Shown here piece by piece: positions 13,621-27,424 of a stretch of DNA of 64,000 bases. Source of the stretch: Eledone cirrhosa (lineage: Eukaryota); the NCBI GenBank assembly GCA_964016885.1, contig OZ024751.1, positions 14,260,001 to 14,324,000 on the forward strand. Reading direction: 5' to 3'. The notes under the pieces are model-generated. The model was not told where the DNA came from, did no database searches, and was given only the letters and a program-made list of their open reading frames with translations. A program made the position numbers and the translations under genes. The stretch's first letter is position 1; each line of letters opens with the position of its first letter.

Positions 13621-14103
13621 ATGTATATATATATATATATTATTTTTTTTAATGAAATATTTATGAGATTAAAAAACAAGGAAATAATGTTTTATAAGAC
13701 CAACAATTGTAATATCTGAGTAAACTTCAAACACATTGTTGTGGGGTAAAAACGCTGAATACCCCCACGTAACTAAAAGTGGACTAGGTGAAACTTTATA
13801 ACAACTAGCAAACAGGGAAAAGCAGATGTAAAATGATGATGATGATGATGAATTGAACTGTCAGAGGAACTGTGTGCACAGAGCTTCTCATTGTAGTCTC
13901 ACATGGTAGTTTGGAATTACGCCTCGTAAATACCTTGGGTGTTACCCTCATTTTGTACAGATATCAAAACAGGTGTGTTACACCATTATAACACACATGT
14001 ACTGTGTGCAAGCATTTTGTGGATTAAAACTTCTTCCCTTGACATAATGGCTTTTATCTGTTATGAGTGTGTGTCTATGAAATATATATATATATATATA
14101 CAA

Positions 14104-14443
14104 TGGAGGCACATGGCTTAGTGGTTAGAGCATTGGCCTTGCAATCAAAAGGTTGTGAGTTCAATTCTCAGACCAGGTGATGTGTTGTTTCCTTGAGCAA
14201 GACACTTTATTTCACATTGCTCCAGTTTACTCAGCTGTAGAAATGAGATGATAGGGACTGGGGTCCCTATCATTCCACTGCAAAGTGGTTGTAGAGGTGT
14301 CACGGCAAAAAAGCACCGAGCACTCACTGTAAATGAGGTTAGTGTTAGGAAGGGCATCCAGCTGTAGAAATCAAGCCAGAATCAGTCCCCGTCCCACCCT
14401 TGCAAGCAGGGAAAAGCGGACGTAAAATGATGATGATGATGAT
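14104..14443 (+). mobile_element. SINE family A, full length
   Basis: Near-identical to 1448-1781. Confidence 0.9.
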
Positions 14444-14469
14444 ACCAGGTCTGAATGCAAAAGAACCAA

Positions 14470-15170
14470 ACTCACAGTGTTACTGTCTCCGTTCTCTCGC
14501 TCTCCCCATCTCTCACTATTATGAGCAAATGGGGACCCATGCACTGGCCACCCCACAGACAGAATAGAGAAGGCGTTTCCCCGAAGGATGGTGATGGAGA
14601 CACGCTGGAAGAGCTATTCCAGCTCACGCCTGTGGGTAGTCAACTATGTGCCGATGATGGTGAGCAAGGCCACCTGAATTCTTCCTTGCCACGAGTTCAT
14701 CTGCAAAGCTGTCAGAGAGCGACCGATATTTGGGGAGTTTACCCACCTTGGCCTGAAGCACAGCAGACCCTGGGTTAGTCACAGACTGCAGCAGATTTCT
14801 ACTGCAGAATTTGGCATCTCAGATGAGGAGTTTACCACAGCAGAACGGGAAGATAGTCATGCCGTGAAGTTGGTCCAGCCTCACCGGCTTGAACTGGGAG
14901 AGGAAGTCATGCTTTATGACCTCATTGAGAGCAGCATGGCATTGAAGGCGGCCGGCACTGTAGTGACAGGACAGTGGGTGGAGGCCAAAAGTCTCTACGG
15001 TGGATCCACAGCGACATTTGTGTGGATCGCAGATCTGGAGGCCAGGCCTCAGGGAAATCTTGATTCACCAACTGAATGGCAGTTGAAAAAGAGAGTAAGG
15101 CATGGAGCCAGGCACCGCTATGGGGCTGTGAGGCCGCGCGAAAGTAATACCGTAGATGATTCCAACTGAT
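14470..15170 (-). mobile_element. CRE/SLACS-like LINE 3' fragment (zinc knuckle + restriction-like endonuclease)
   Basis: Minus-strand peptides PHSGAWLHAL, ICDPHKCRCGSTVETFGLHPLSCHYSAGRLQCHAALNEVIK, GMTIFPFCCGKLLI*D and LFQRVSITILRGNAFSIL. Confidence 0.8.
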
Positions 15171-15516
15171 CTTATTATTTCCAAAGGCAGTGGATTGGCA
15201 GTATCGGTAGAGGGTCGGACGTAACGTAGAAACAAATATTTCCAAACTTATTGAAACATATAGGCGGAGTATTTCATCAGAAATATGTTAAGGAAAGGGT
15301 TTAAACTTTTGTTGTTTGCTGTGGTATTTATCATCATCATCATCACCATCATCATATTTACGTCGATTATTCCATGTTGGCATGAGTTAGACAGGACATT
15401 TTGAGGCAATATTTTACAAACCAATGCCCTTCCTGACAAAATTTGACACACACAGTACAGTGTAGCTCTCTTCTAAACCAGAAACACATGGAATCAAACA
15501 GCAGTATCATCTAGAT

Positions 15517-15951
15517 CAGTGGTTCCCAACCTTTTTTTTAGCCCATGGCCCACTTTGAACACAGAATTTTTCTGTGGCCCATGAAATTATTACAGTGTAA
15601 AAAATTACTTCCTTTTTACATAGACTATATCCAATAAAGATACAATAATTATTTACTGTATTTTCCGGCGAAGACGCTACTTTTTTCCTAAAATAAGTCT
15701 CAAAAATCTACCATGCGCCCTGGTGGCCGAAGGTTGTTTATCATTTTTTTTTCAAATTTATGGTTGTCAAAATTAGGGTGTTTCCTCGAGGATGAAGCAT
15801 CTTCGGCACCGGGAACTATTGTATATACATTTAATTTAATTAATTTAAGGAGTAGTCAATAAAAGCTCTATGGACCATTCAATAAGCTGTGGCCCACCTG
15901 AAGCTTGCCATGGCCCATTTTAGCCATGTGGCCATAGGTTGGGACAGGTTG
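15517..15951. mobile_element. hAT (Charlie-like) MITE carrying a nested pogo-like MITE at 15656-15821
   Basis: 5' end cagtggttcccaac. Perfect 8-bp TSD atctagat. The nested element is homologous to 41566-41732. Confidence 0.82.
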
Positions 15952-15959
15952 ATCTAGAT

Positions 15960-16232
15960 CAGGCACGTCAGACTAGCAGCCCACGGACTGCATGTGGCCC
16001 TTTACAAGCACACCTGCGGCCCGCACAAAGGTTTTTATTGCGCGAGCATGTTTTATCTTTGTAATATAAAATTTTAGAAATTAGTTGTAATGTGCTCAAT
16101 TAATTGTCGTGTGTGGCCCTCAGACAACACATATGACCCATGTGGCCCTCAGACAATACACGTGACCCATGTGGCCCTCAGACAATACACGTGACCCATG
16201 TGGCCCTTGGGAGACCCTCAGTTTGACATGTC
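15960..16232. mobile_element. Second hAT MITE abutting the first, with an internal ~30-bp tandem repeat
   Basis: caggcacgtcagact...agtttgacatgtc; gtggccctcagacaatacacgtgacccat repeated three times. Confidence 0.7.
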
Positions 16233-16595
16233 AACCAACTTCAGTCTAACAACAACTAAACATGCTCCTTTTGTTCATTGAACCTTTCACAAATATATTC
16301 TGGGTCACTCATTCCTTTCAGACATATCTTTAAAGGGTTTCTTTGTTGTTGACTTTGAAAAACAACAACAAAAACGTTACAATGATTTTTATTGTTAATT
16401 TTTTAAGGGTTTTGTTAATTACTTTTAATAGGTTTTGATGTGGGGGGGGGGGCTTTGTTAATTTAAAAGTTTTTTTTTGTTGATTTTTTTAAAGGGTTTA
16501 TGGTTGATTTTTAAGGGTTTATAGTTGATTTAAAAAATTTTTTTTTTTGTTTTTAAGAGTTGGGTATTTTTAATGGGTTTGTTGTTGTTGTAGTT

Positions 16596-16900
16596 CATCA
16601 TCATCATTTTACGTCCGCTTTTCCCTGCTTGCAAGGGTGGGACGGGAACTGATTCTGGCTTGATTTCTACAGCTGGATGCCCTTCCTAACACCAACCTCA
16701 TTTACAGTGAGTGCTGGGTGCTTTTGTCCGTGGCACCTACACGACCACTTTGCAGTGGAATGATAGGGACCCCAGCCCCTATCATCTCATTTCTACAGCT
16801 GAGTAAACTGGAGCAATGTGAAATAAAGTGTCTTGCTCAAGGAAACAACACATCACCCGGTCTGAGAATTGAACTCACAACCTATCGATCGCAAGGCCAA
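16596..16900 (-). mobile_element. SINE family A, 5'-truncated
   Basis: Reverse complement of the family A body and tail. Confidence 0.88.
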
Positions 16901-17721
16901 TTCGTTTGTTATATTTATTTACTATTCCACTTTCCTTTGTCTTTCATTTCCTCCGAAGACATACTTATGTAACGACGACGCTGGGCCAATATTCCAAATA
17001 TTTGAACTTAGATATTTCCTGAGTAACCTCACACCTGATAAAATATCAGAACATACAGTTGTCTTTCTCTTATTTTATTTATAGGTAAAAAAATCTTTTT
17101 CATGCTTGACTGAACAATTTTCCAAATACATGCACAAACACACAAACCTGAACATAGACACACAATGCACACACACACACGTACATATACATGCATACTT
17201 ACACACACACATACATACACACAGAGGGATACTATAGTTGCTGCTAGTGTTGATGGTAGTGGCGGTTTTGACAGTGGTGGTGGGGGCAGTTGTGCTTGTA
17301 GTGGTAGCAGTGGCAGCAGAGATGGTGGTGGTGGTGGCAGCAGTGGTTGGGAGAAAGAGAAGACATGACGTCAGTTGTTATACCCCCGGTATCAGTCACT
17401 AAAATAACTTTTAAACTGCTCCGCCAGGGTGTCGTTTAACACGAAGAAGAGAAGAAGTTTAAGTCAGACAAGTACAGCTTAGCTTTGTGGATAGGCCCCA
17501 AAAAATAGACTTTTGTTTTATCAAAATGTGAAGAAAAAAAAGTCAAAAGTAACATTGAAGAATTACTGAGGCAAAAACAGAAAACAGGTGACCATAGATG
17601 AATGACGGTGATCTGTGGACACAGGTGGATAACATTGACCAAAGATTTTTACCTTTAATACTAGTCTATTTATAACTGCTATCTTGATCAGAGTTCTTGC
17701 TTGAGCTATTTGCAAGGAGGT

Positions 17722-17728
17722 TATATAA
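17722..17728 (+). promoter_or_regulatory. Possible TATA box upstream of the ankyrin gene
   Basis: TATATAA 70 nt upstream of the ATG, followed by a (GT)n tract. Such motifs are common in AT-rich DNA. Confidence 0.25.
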
Positions 17729-17791
17729 GCAGATATAGTTGTGTGTGTGTGTGTGTGTGTGTGAGTGTACCCTCGACTACATTAGTGATGC

Positions 17792-18147
17792 ATGTATAAA
17801 GAAATGGCAAACAAGCCAAGTCCTTTATACACAGAAAGTAACCTTTATAAAGCAATAAACAAAGGAGACCCAGGTGAGGTATTTGTTAGCCTCAATGAGT
17901 ACTGCGCCTACTCTGAATGTATGACAGGGGCAGACCTTAACATAAGAGACCCTAAAACAGGTGGATCCTACCTACATATGATGATTGATAATGCACATCT
18001 GTTTCGGGACCCTCCAACAGTTAAAGTCATATATGGAATGGCATGTATGGGTATCAATATTGATGCACAAGACATTGATGGTAACTCATGTCTTCACAAA
18101 GTTATGGACAAGGAAGGTTCTTACCGAATCCTAGTGGCACTAATGAG
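17792..18147 (+). CDS. Ankyrin-repeat protein, coding exon 1
   Basis: ATG at 17792. Contains ANK motifs GADLNIRDPKTGGSYLH and GINIDAQDIDGNSCLHK. Donor AG|GTGAGT at 18147/18148, phase 2, which matches exon 2. Confidence 0.9.
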
Positions 18148-18151
18148 GTGA

Positions 18152-18906
18152 GTATTCATTTGTGTGGAATTTACTTTAATGTTTGTGATAAATTGTAACA
18201 CCTTATGTATTTACTATAAACATTTGTCACAGAAGACTTGGTCTTTGGATACGTATTCATTTAACTAGAAATGCTGGATTTACTTTAATGTTTGTGATAA
18301 ATTGTAAGACCTCATTTATTTACTATAAACACATATCATGTTGCCGAAGACTTGGTCTTTGGATACAGTATTCATTCAACTAGACATGTTAAATTTACTT
18401 TACCCCTTTAACATTTACATTACTCTATATTTACTATTATATTTTCATGGTAAAGGCTTTACCTCACATAATTATCTCACATAATATCAAATCTATGAGA
18501 TTTTGATATTTATTTTGAGAATAATACCTTGACATCAGTATGAGCGGCCAGTTTGAACAGAAAGAGGTGAAAGAATTCTGGCTGGATATGGCTGGTTTAA
18601 ATGCTAAAGGGTTAATGTTTGTGATAAATTGTAACACCTCACATATTTACTGTAAACACATATCATGTCGTTGAAGACTTGGTCTTTGGATACAGTATTT
18701 ATTCAACTATGCATGTTAGATTTACTTTAATATTTGTGATAAATTGTAACATCTCACATTTACTATAAACATTCACTGAAAACTTGGTCTTTTGATACAG
18801 TATTCCCGTAACTAGACAGGTTAGATTTACTTGATTGTTTGTGATAAATTGTAACACCTCACATATTTACTATAAACACATACTAAGTCACTGAAGACTT
18901 GGTCTT
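18152..18906. repeat. ~115-120-bp tandem repeat starting at the exon 1 donor
   Basis: tttgtgataaattgtaacacc...gaagacttggtcttt, about 5 copies; one copy is split by a TTAA MITE. Confidence 0.88.
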
Positions 18907-20559
18907 TAGATTGTTTTTTGTGCTACATTCATGTAACTAACAAGGTAGCAGCAAATTGGCGGAAGTTGACAGTCATTAGAATGTTGGATAAAATGTTTTC
19001 TGTCCATATCACAATGTGTGTGTGTGTGAATGTATTTGCGCGTAAAAGAAAGGAAGGGGATGGTGAAAAAACTATAGCAAAACAGTGGCTGGGGTTCCAT
19101 GTGCTATGCTGTGTATGTGTTTGTGTGAATGTCTGTGAGTGCATATTTTTGTAAGTGTGACTGTGCTTGCGCGTTTATATACTCATACATATAACTATAT
19201 GTAACACACACACATGCTCATACGCATCAGTGTGTTGAAAAAAATTCTAGTACTTTATATTTCTATAGCAAAGGAACATTGAATGATGAGAGACTACCCC
19301 TAACACAATCATGGGCCCCAAACCTTACATTTCTATAGCAAAGATCATTGAATAATGAGAGATCTCCACCTAACATGGTCATGAGCCCTATCACAAGTCT
19401 GTCCCAATTCCTAAACAACCCCATATTTTCCAAATTCCAATGAAAAGTTCCAATGTAATCATTTGATTTGCCATAGTTTCCTCCCAACAAACTCCTTCCT
19501 TTTTATACCCTACCACCGGAAACCACCCCTACTGCTATGGTACAAAACTACTCATTTTTAAAATGGTTATATTTATCTAAACACATTCAATCATAATTTT
19601 AAATAAGAACATTTGTTAAGTTAACTTCCAGCTAACTAATAAAAAAAAGTTATTTTACTAAATCTCTACAAATTAGGTTATTATTTTCAAAATTAATTGA
19701 AACACATTGGCAGTGTATTTCGTTAGAAATATGGTGATGAACAACACAAAATGAGAAGTGTTTTAACCCTTTAGTATTTAAACCGGCTGTATCCAGCCAG
19801 AATTCTCACACCTATTTCTGTTCAAACCAGCTGTAATAGGCCACTCATACTGATGTTCAGGTATTGTAGTCAAAATGAATAATATCAAAATCTCATAGAT
19901 TCGATATTATGTGAGATAATTATGTGAGGTTAAGTGTTTACTGTGAAAATATAATAGTATATATAGAGTAATGTAAATGCTAAAAGGTTAAGGGTATTTC
20001 CCCTATAAAAAAGGGGTAAGCCTTGGAAGACTCGAGACAGACTTCAAACTCACTCTAGGATCCTTTTTGGAGACAATGTTTTACAGCCAGATACCTTTCC
20101 TGGTGCCAAACCTTTTAGTCTCCCTCTTACAACACTCAGGGGATTCAGTGTACCTATACTAAACCAATATACACACAGCATTTGAAATATGGTAATGAAA
20201 GGATTAAAATAGCAACTACATGTTATAAGCCCTAAATTTCTCAACATGAAGCCCCACAATCAAAACTAATACACCAAACATTAATTATATCTACATATGC
20301 AGGGTAATGGGCCAATTATTTGTAGTTTGGTCATTGAAGGGCAACATACCAGTCATATCAGAAGGGACTAAGATTACTCAACAAGTGCAAGTGGCTGAGT
20401 ATTCTACAGACAAGTGGCTTTCAGGAATACTCAGCATAACAGAGAGTATGACAGTTGGTTTTTGAATTACGGGGCCAACTGATTTTTTACTAGTTGAATG
20501 GAAGGAAGCAATGTGATGACCTTACAATCATGAGTCAAGCACCCTACCCACTAAGCTAT

Positions 20560-20830
20560 ATGCCATTACGTTGTGGTACATCTTGGTTGTGTTCAAAATA
20601 TAAGCTGGCAACATAAGACTCTTAGAGGAATATATGATGGTTTCCCCCATATTTCTGATATTTTGCTGAAGAGGAAGGTGAAATTTGCAAGCCATTGCCA
20701 TCAACCCTCAAATGAAGCTGTGTCTCCTTTAGTGCTTTGGAAACCAGCATCTGTCAACAATCAAAGAAGTCATAAGATGTCTTCCTAGCCAGATGTTATA
20801 ACCAACGACTCTAGTATTGATGGTCAGGAT
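20560..20830 (+). mobile_element. Short RTE-type LINE C-terminal fragment
   Basis: QNISWQHKTLRGIYDGFPHISDILLKRKVKFASHC...LVLWKP. Confidence 0.65.
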
Positions 20831-21399
20831 CAAGGCAATGTAATTGTTTCTACTTTTGGCACAAGGCCAGCAATTACCCAGTACATTACTGGTACTTTAT
20901 TTTATCGATCCCATAAGGATGAAAGGCAAAGTTAACCTCAGCGGTATTTGAACTCAGTCCGTAAAGGGACGTAACTTTATGCTACAAAGCGTCCAACCCT
21001 CTACCGATACTGCCAATCCACTGCCCTAGGCAGTATCGGTAGAGGGTCAATGGCAATATAATGAATGACACATGTATGTGGATTGGAAAGCAATATTTGT
21101 CAACAACCAAAGAGGACACAAACTCTTCTATCCAGATGTCATAACTAGATACTCTTGTATTGACGGTCAGGGTCAAGGCAATATAATGAGTGACAGATGT
21201 ATATGGATTGAAACCAACATTTGTCAACAGTGAAAGAGGACACAAGCTCTGTCCCTGTCCAAATGTCCATAACCAATGTAATGAGTGACAGACATAGGTG
21301 GTGCTCTGTCATTGAGTCTGTTTCGGCTGAGGCCACAGGATGATGATCCAACCTGCTGAGAGCAGAAGATACTTGATGATGCTGCACCATTAATATATT

Positions 21400-22447
21400 G
21401 AGTACTTAAGATACCATACTGTTGTACCAGTAATACATTAATACATTGTGTTATTAAGACATCACGGTGGTGTACCAGTAATATGGTGTGTTATGAAGAC
21501 ATCATATTGATATACCAGTAATACGTTGTGTTATTAAGACATCATGCTGGTGTACCAGTAATATATTGTATCATTAAGACATCACGGTGGTGTACCAGTA
21601 ATATGTTGTGTTATGAAGACATCATATTGATATACCAGTAATACGTTGTGTTATGAAGACATCATACTGATATACCAGTAATATATTGTTTCATTAAGAC
21701 ATCACGGTGGTGTACCAGTAATACGTTGTGTTATGAAGACATCATACTGATATACCAGTAATATATTGTTTCATTAAGACATCACGGTGGTGTACCAGTA
21801 ATATGTTGTGTTATGAAGACATCATACTGATATACCAGTAATATATTGTTTCATTAAGATATCACGGTGGTGTACCAGTAATATAAGGTGTCCAAAAGTT
21901 ACCAGACCATTTCAAATTATAATAGATATAAAATGGTCTAGTGACTTTGGGGGCACCCTGTATTATACTGTGTCACTAAGACATCATACTGGTGTACCAG
22001 TAATATCCTGTGTCAATAAGACATCATGTGATGTACCAGTAATATCCTGTGTCACTAAGACATCATACTGGTGTACCAGTAATATCATGTGTCAATAAGA
22101 CATCATGTGGTGTACCAGTAATATCCTGTGTCAATAAGATATCATGGTCATGTACCAGTAATATCCTGTGTCAATAAGACATCATGTGATGGACCAGTAA
22201 TATCCTGTGTCAATAAGATATCATGTGGTGCACCAGTAATATCCTGTGTCAATAAGACATCATGTGATGTACCAGTAATATCCTGTGTCAATAAGACATG
22301 TGGTGTACCAGTAATATCCTGTGTCAATAAGATATCATGTGGTGCACCAGTAATATCCTGTGTCAATAAGACATCATGTGATGTACCAGTAATATCCTGT
22401 GTCAATAAGACATGTGGTGTACCAGTAATATCCTGTATCAGTAATAT
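21400..22447. repeat. 39-bp minisatellite
   Basis: gtcaataagacatcatgtgatgtaccagtaatatcctgt and variants. Confidence 0.95.
21885..21960. mobile_element. Tiny Tc1/mariner MITE inserted in a minisatellite
   Basis: Inverted arms aggtgtccaaaagttaccagaccattt / aaatggtctagtgactttgggggcaccctg-TA. Confidence 0.7.
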
Positions 22448-23653
22448 ATTATGTTGCTATGACACAAATCTCTTTTTGACTCTTATAGTGAACATAGGCA
22501 GCGAATTGGCGGAGTCGTTAAGACGTCAGATAGAATACTTTATGGTATTCGTCCCACCTCATGGCAAGCTCTCAGTGGTCAACTTTGCTTTTAATTCTTT
22601 TGAAGTCAATAAAAAAAGTACCAGTCCAATACTGGGGTCGATTCTTCCTCTATAGAGAAAATTGGCTGTGTTCAGACCTGGAGAGGGTTGGCCTCTACCA
22701 GGTTTAAAAGTGCCCTAGAGATGACACCGTGTAACAGTGCCTCTATGACTCCACAAGGAGTTATGGGATCTTTATCCGTTTATCCATAGTGAATATAATA
22801 TTGATGTTGAGTAATCCTAGTCCCCTCTGATATGAATGGAAGATTGCCCTTCAATGACCAAGCTAGAAAGGATGGGCCCAGTACTCTGCATACATAGATA
22901 TAATATATTTGGTGTCATGTCATAATTCTCCGACATGTTGAGTATTCCTGAGAACCTCTTGTTTGTGGAATGCTCAGCCACTTGCATGTTAATTTCACAA
23001 GCAGGCTGTCCCATTGTTCAGACAACTGGAATATTCATCATCGGAACCAACAGAGATCCAATAAACATAGTAGTTATTTAGCCCAGGGTGAACTTAGCCA
23101 GAGTTACATAATAACTGTACAGGCATGGCAGTGTGGTTAATTACTTTGCTTTGCAATTACATGATTTTGAGTTCAATTCTACCATGTCCTGGGTATGACA
23201 TTAAACTGCATCCAGTGGCAAGGCTCCAGTTCGGGAGTTCAGGAGCTGTGGGGAATGTGGAGTTACCCCTTAGTTGTTATCTGGCCGAGATAATTACCTT
23301 ATTCGAGTGGTACCGGTAAGGTATTATCAGCCATTGAAAAGAACCATGGAGAGTGAGTGTATTTAGAGGCCCTAACTACACTGCCAAGGAGCAATCTGAT
23401 CATTATGACTCTGCTGGTTTAGAGCCACAAGGAGGGCCAGTGCTTGATAGATCAGCTATCTCTGATAGATCTACCATGTGGCAACTAGGTGAGATTGTCT
23501 TACCATAAGTCTTGGGTCAACCAAAGTTTGTGAGTGAAATTTGGTAGCTCATCAGAAGAACTATTTTTATTTTGTCTGATAGGTTTAATCCACCACCTGG
23601 TTTAATATCACATGCAGGAATAAATACTACACATTTTGTCTGATGCTCTAACA

Positions 23654-23840
23654 CAATAGTTCCCTAACTTTGTTTACTCATGGCACTTTTAGAAAAAATG
23701 AAAATATGTTGGCGCGTGAATTCGAAAATTTATTCTAAAGAGTTTTTCATACACAACATAACAGGGTTGACAGATTACATTTTGTCATGCATCTAGTTAC
23801 ATCACATGGCACATCTAGTTACATGGTTTAGGAACCACTG
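23654..23840. mobile_element. hAT MITE
   Basis: caatagttccctaac...tttaggaaccactg with perfect 8-bp TSD ctctaaca. Confidence 0.82.
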
Positions 23841-25507
23841 CTCTAACATTCCTACCAATTCACTGTCTTAATATTACTAGTACAGCCCTATTGTACCATA
23901 GTGTAACCATATATTACTGGTACCACAGTATGATAGATGCTACAGTTAATTATTTAGAGAGATCTCTCAGTATGTTCAGTAGCAACAGAGAAGAGATTAC
24001 TCAACATAATAACCCCTTTATCAAACTTTACACTGACACAACACAACTTCAATGTCAACCATCAACATTGTAAAATATCTTTGTTGGAAATATTTAAAAA
24101 GTTGGAAACCCAGAGACTCATCCACCACAAATGAAATCTACCTTCTCTGTTAGTCTACCTATAATCCCACTACATCTATTTTACACATTAGGTACGGTAC
24201 ATTGTATAAAATTTCTACCTAATCTTTGGTCCCAAATAATAGGAGGGGTTGGAATAAGCGAGGGAGTTCGAATAAGTGGGGAGTATTTTTTCTAGGTTGT
24301 CTTCATTGATTTTTTTTTAAAACAAAAATTAGTCATTTAATTTAGATATTGAGACCCTAACTCATCCTATTTATTTTATAATGTATGGGATTTCTAGTAA
24401 TGTTCTTTTTTGGCATGTATAAAGAAAATTAATTGTCACAGGAATGCTACCAATTAAAATAAAATTTTGCCAAGCAAAATTTAACAAGCAGGGGCGTTGG
24501 AAAATATCTGAAAAATTAATAAGTGTATGGGGGTGATTATTTGAGACCTGAGAGTACCTCTTTTCTACATAGTGAATATGGTCATTTCCTGTCTTCTTTC
24601 TTACTTATTTATCTTTAGTCTTTTATAAGTTTACTTTGATGTCTTTACACCCACACATTCATATACATAAATATATACTGAGAAAATAAAGTTTATACTT
24701 TACCCACCAATATTGAATGTTCAATCAATTTTTGAATGTTTTAAATACTACAGTAGTTTAAACAGAGGTTCTAATATATATATATAGCAAAGGTAAATAT
24801 ATATATATACTAGCTGAGGTACCCAGCTTCGCCAAGGATAACAAATGATAAGAGAAGATCAGCAGAAGAGGAAAAATAAGTAAGTGTGTGTGCACGTGTG
24901 TGCGTGCGTTTGGAATCATTGACATAGGCCGTGTAACACGATCATCACTGACAACGAACTCACAGAGAGAATCCCTTATGATTGATTCCCAGCCTGCTAG
25001 AAATAGCAGTCAGGTTGGTTAGCATATGTGGTATGTCTTTCTTCTTCTTTGGTGTTATAAAATTAGTATCAATAAACTTTCCTGGATATACTCTTACCTC
25101 AATCTTGTACATACTTTCCGATTGTCGCTTTTCATTTTTTTTGTGTGATACGCGAAGGAACCAACCAACCAACAAACATCTCTCTTTTATATTATGTATA
25201 GGTTACTATATATCTCTTTTATTTGTTCATTCAAAATATTTTTCAGCTAATTCTGTCGTACAATATACATCAGCAATCGTTATCTAATGTTTAAAACATA
25301 TGAATAGCAGCGATATATGCACCATATCAATCAAAAATGATATGAGAATTGAATACCATACTAAAGCACCAGTAAGCTTGCTAAGAACCTGCAGATAGAA
25401 ATGTTAATAAATACAACATTTGGCTTGGGTAGACTTTAAGATGTTCTTTCATTGTAGGTTTCTTTTCTCCTCCTCTCCTTCCCCTCCTCTTCTCTTCTTT
25501 AGCTCAG

Positions 25508-25617
25508 CCTAGAACATCCTACATACAATTGACCATGGTTTTCCCAGATGAAGGCCAGCCACTTTTAGGGTTTGATCCTGAGCTTTGTTGATGGTAATCG
25601 CGAAGCTTAGTCTCACC
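25508..25617 (-). mobile_element. Helitron Rep/Hel fragment (Pif1 helicase motifs V-VI)
   Basis: VRLSFAITINKAQDQTLKVAGLHL, a frameshift, then HGQLYVGCSR. Helitron/Helentron-like termini lie nearby (tactagctgaggtacccagcttcgcc at about 24808). Confidence 0.8.
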
Positions 25618-26196
25618 GTTGCTCTAGTGACATTTTTTTCTTCTGGAAAATCCGATCTTGCGGCCAGGCTAGGACTTTTTGGGTGGCATATCGGCAGTAA
25701 CAATGACGATAAGCTGTCTGCTGTGCTTTCGTGAGATAAATACGCTTGTTTATATTTTGTTTTTGTGTATGCAAAAATATCTGTACACGAATATATATAT
25801 ATATAATTATATATATATATATATTAAAATAACAGATTAAAGTTTAAGCAAAGAATCACTGCTTTCACCCTTAATGGGATCTTCTGAAACTAAAAAATAT
25901 CAATCTGTGAACGCAGAAGTAGATATTTCGAAAAACGTAACCGAAATAAAACAGGAAGATGATACTTTGGTTCGTGAAGACGTTAGGAATGTCATATAAC
26001 CAGAAGTGTTGACATTTGAAAATTTAAAGAGATGAATATTTAAATAATGTCTTTAATCTTTTCACAAAATTCAGTAGACAAAAATACCCTCACTTTCTTA
26101 CTTGGAAAAAGTTACATCTATGGTGCAAATTTGGTACTGTTTGGTCCAGCCGCTTGGCAGAAAGTTTGTTACTTACATACGGCCGTCAGCTTTATA

Positions 26197-26245
<49 letters not shown>

Positions 26246-26419
26246 AAGCTCAAATGTATGTAGAGAATTATATATGATAGAATATAATTTTCACATAGTT
26301 TCAGAATTAACTCAATGTGATTATATATTATATTGGTTTAAAGAAAAAGGTAGATTTTTTTTAGGGAGAAATTGTTGGAAAGACAGGCATAAACACAGGG
26401 CAAATATAATTAAATACAC

Positions 26420-26569
26420 AGATGGGAACATTAGCTTTTAAATAATTTTTAATTCTTTACACATGTTTCAATAGAGTTGAACATCTAACATTATTCAAAT
26501 AATGGTATGTCCAACTCCCTTGAAACATGTAAGGAATTAAAAATGATTTAAAAGATAATTTTTCCATCT
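26420..26569. repeat. Imperfect ~150-bp fold-back element
   Basis: ttttaattctttacacatgtttcaa...ttgaaacatgtaaggaattaaaa. Confidence 0.8.
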
Positions 26570-27368
26570 ATATATTACCACAACAGAGATTCGATGAGCT
26601 TTTAATTCCAGAGTCGGGCTAGATCAATACAGATCGAACCTTCAGCTGATTGAATGTGAACCGCACATCACTAGTCAATCTATAATAAGGTGGAGTGCGG
26701 AACAGTGTCTTTTTATATTTTTTATCCTGTTAGTAAAATAAGTTGGAGTACTTTGAATAAATAATTGTTTCTACTTTTGGCACAAGGCCAGCAATTACCC
26801 AGTGTATTACTGGTTCTTTATTTTATCGACCCCGTAAGGATGAAAGGCAAAGTTAACCTCGGCGGGATTTGAACTCAGATCATAAAGAGACGTAACTCTA
26901 TGCTTCAAAGCATGGTGTCCGACTCTCTACCGATACTGCCAATCCACTAATAATGAATATTGGCAGTATCGGTAGAGGGTCGGACGCCATGCTTTGACGC
27001 AAAGAGTCACGGCCCTTTCCATTCTGAGTTCAAATCCCGCCGAGGTTAACTTTGCCTTTCATCCTTACAGGGTCGATAAAATAAAGTACCAGTAATACAC
27101 TGGGATAATTGCTGGCCTTGTGCCAAAAGTAGAAACAATTATATAATTTATCTACTAAATTTTGTAACACATGATTAAACATAAATAATTTAATGCATTG
27201 CTTATTTCAAGATTCACTTCTTTTAAAAGTTTCAAATTTTAACTTCCGGTATATCGCAACCACCACCACTTCAACTACCATATATACCTATATATATATA
27301 TATATGTCCCAAGGCTCTGATACCATCAACACTATAAACACAGAGCTGGCATATCTAAGAACTGACTA

Positions 27369-27424
27369 ACGGCCTGATGAGGTCATAGCCATTCAATGGC
27401 TATCACCGAAATATATATAGCAGT
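27369..27424 (+). ncRNA. Minimal type I hammerhead ribozyme motif (Penelope-associated type)
   Basis: acggc-CTGATGA-ggtcatagccatt-c-aatggctatcacc-GAAA-tatata-TA-gcagt. Intact core, long stem II, palindromic stem III, 4/5 bp stem I, followed directly by AATAAA. Confidence 0.7.

Noticed and set aside
21962-22447. CRISPR-like regular repeats and a 175-aa Cys-rich ORF
   Set aside because: Contiguous 39-bp tandem units with no unique spacers and no cas genes, in eukaryotic context.
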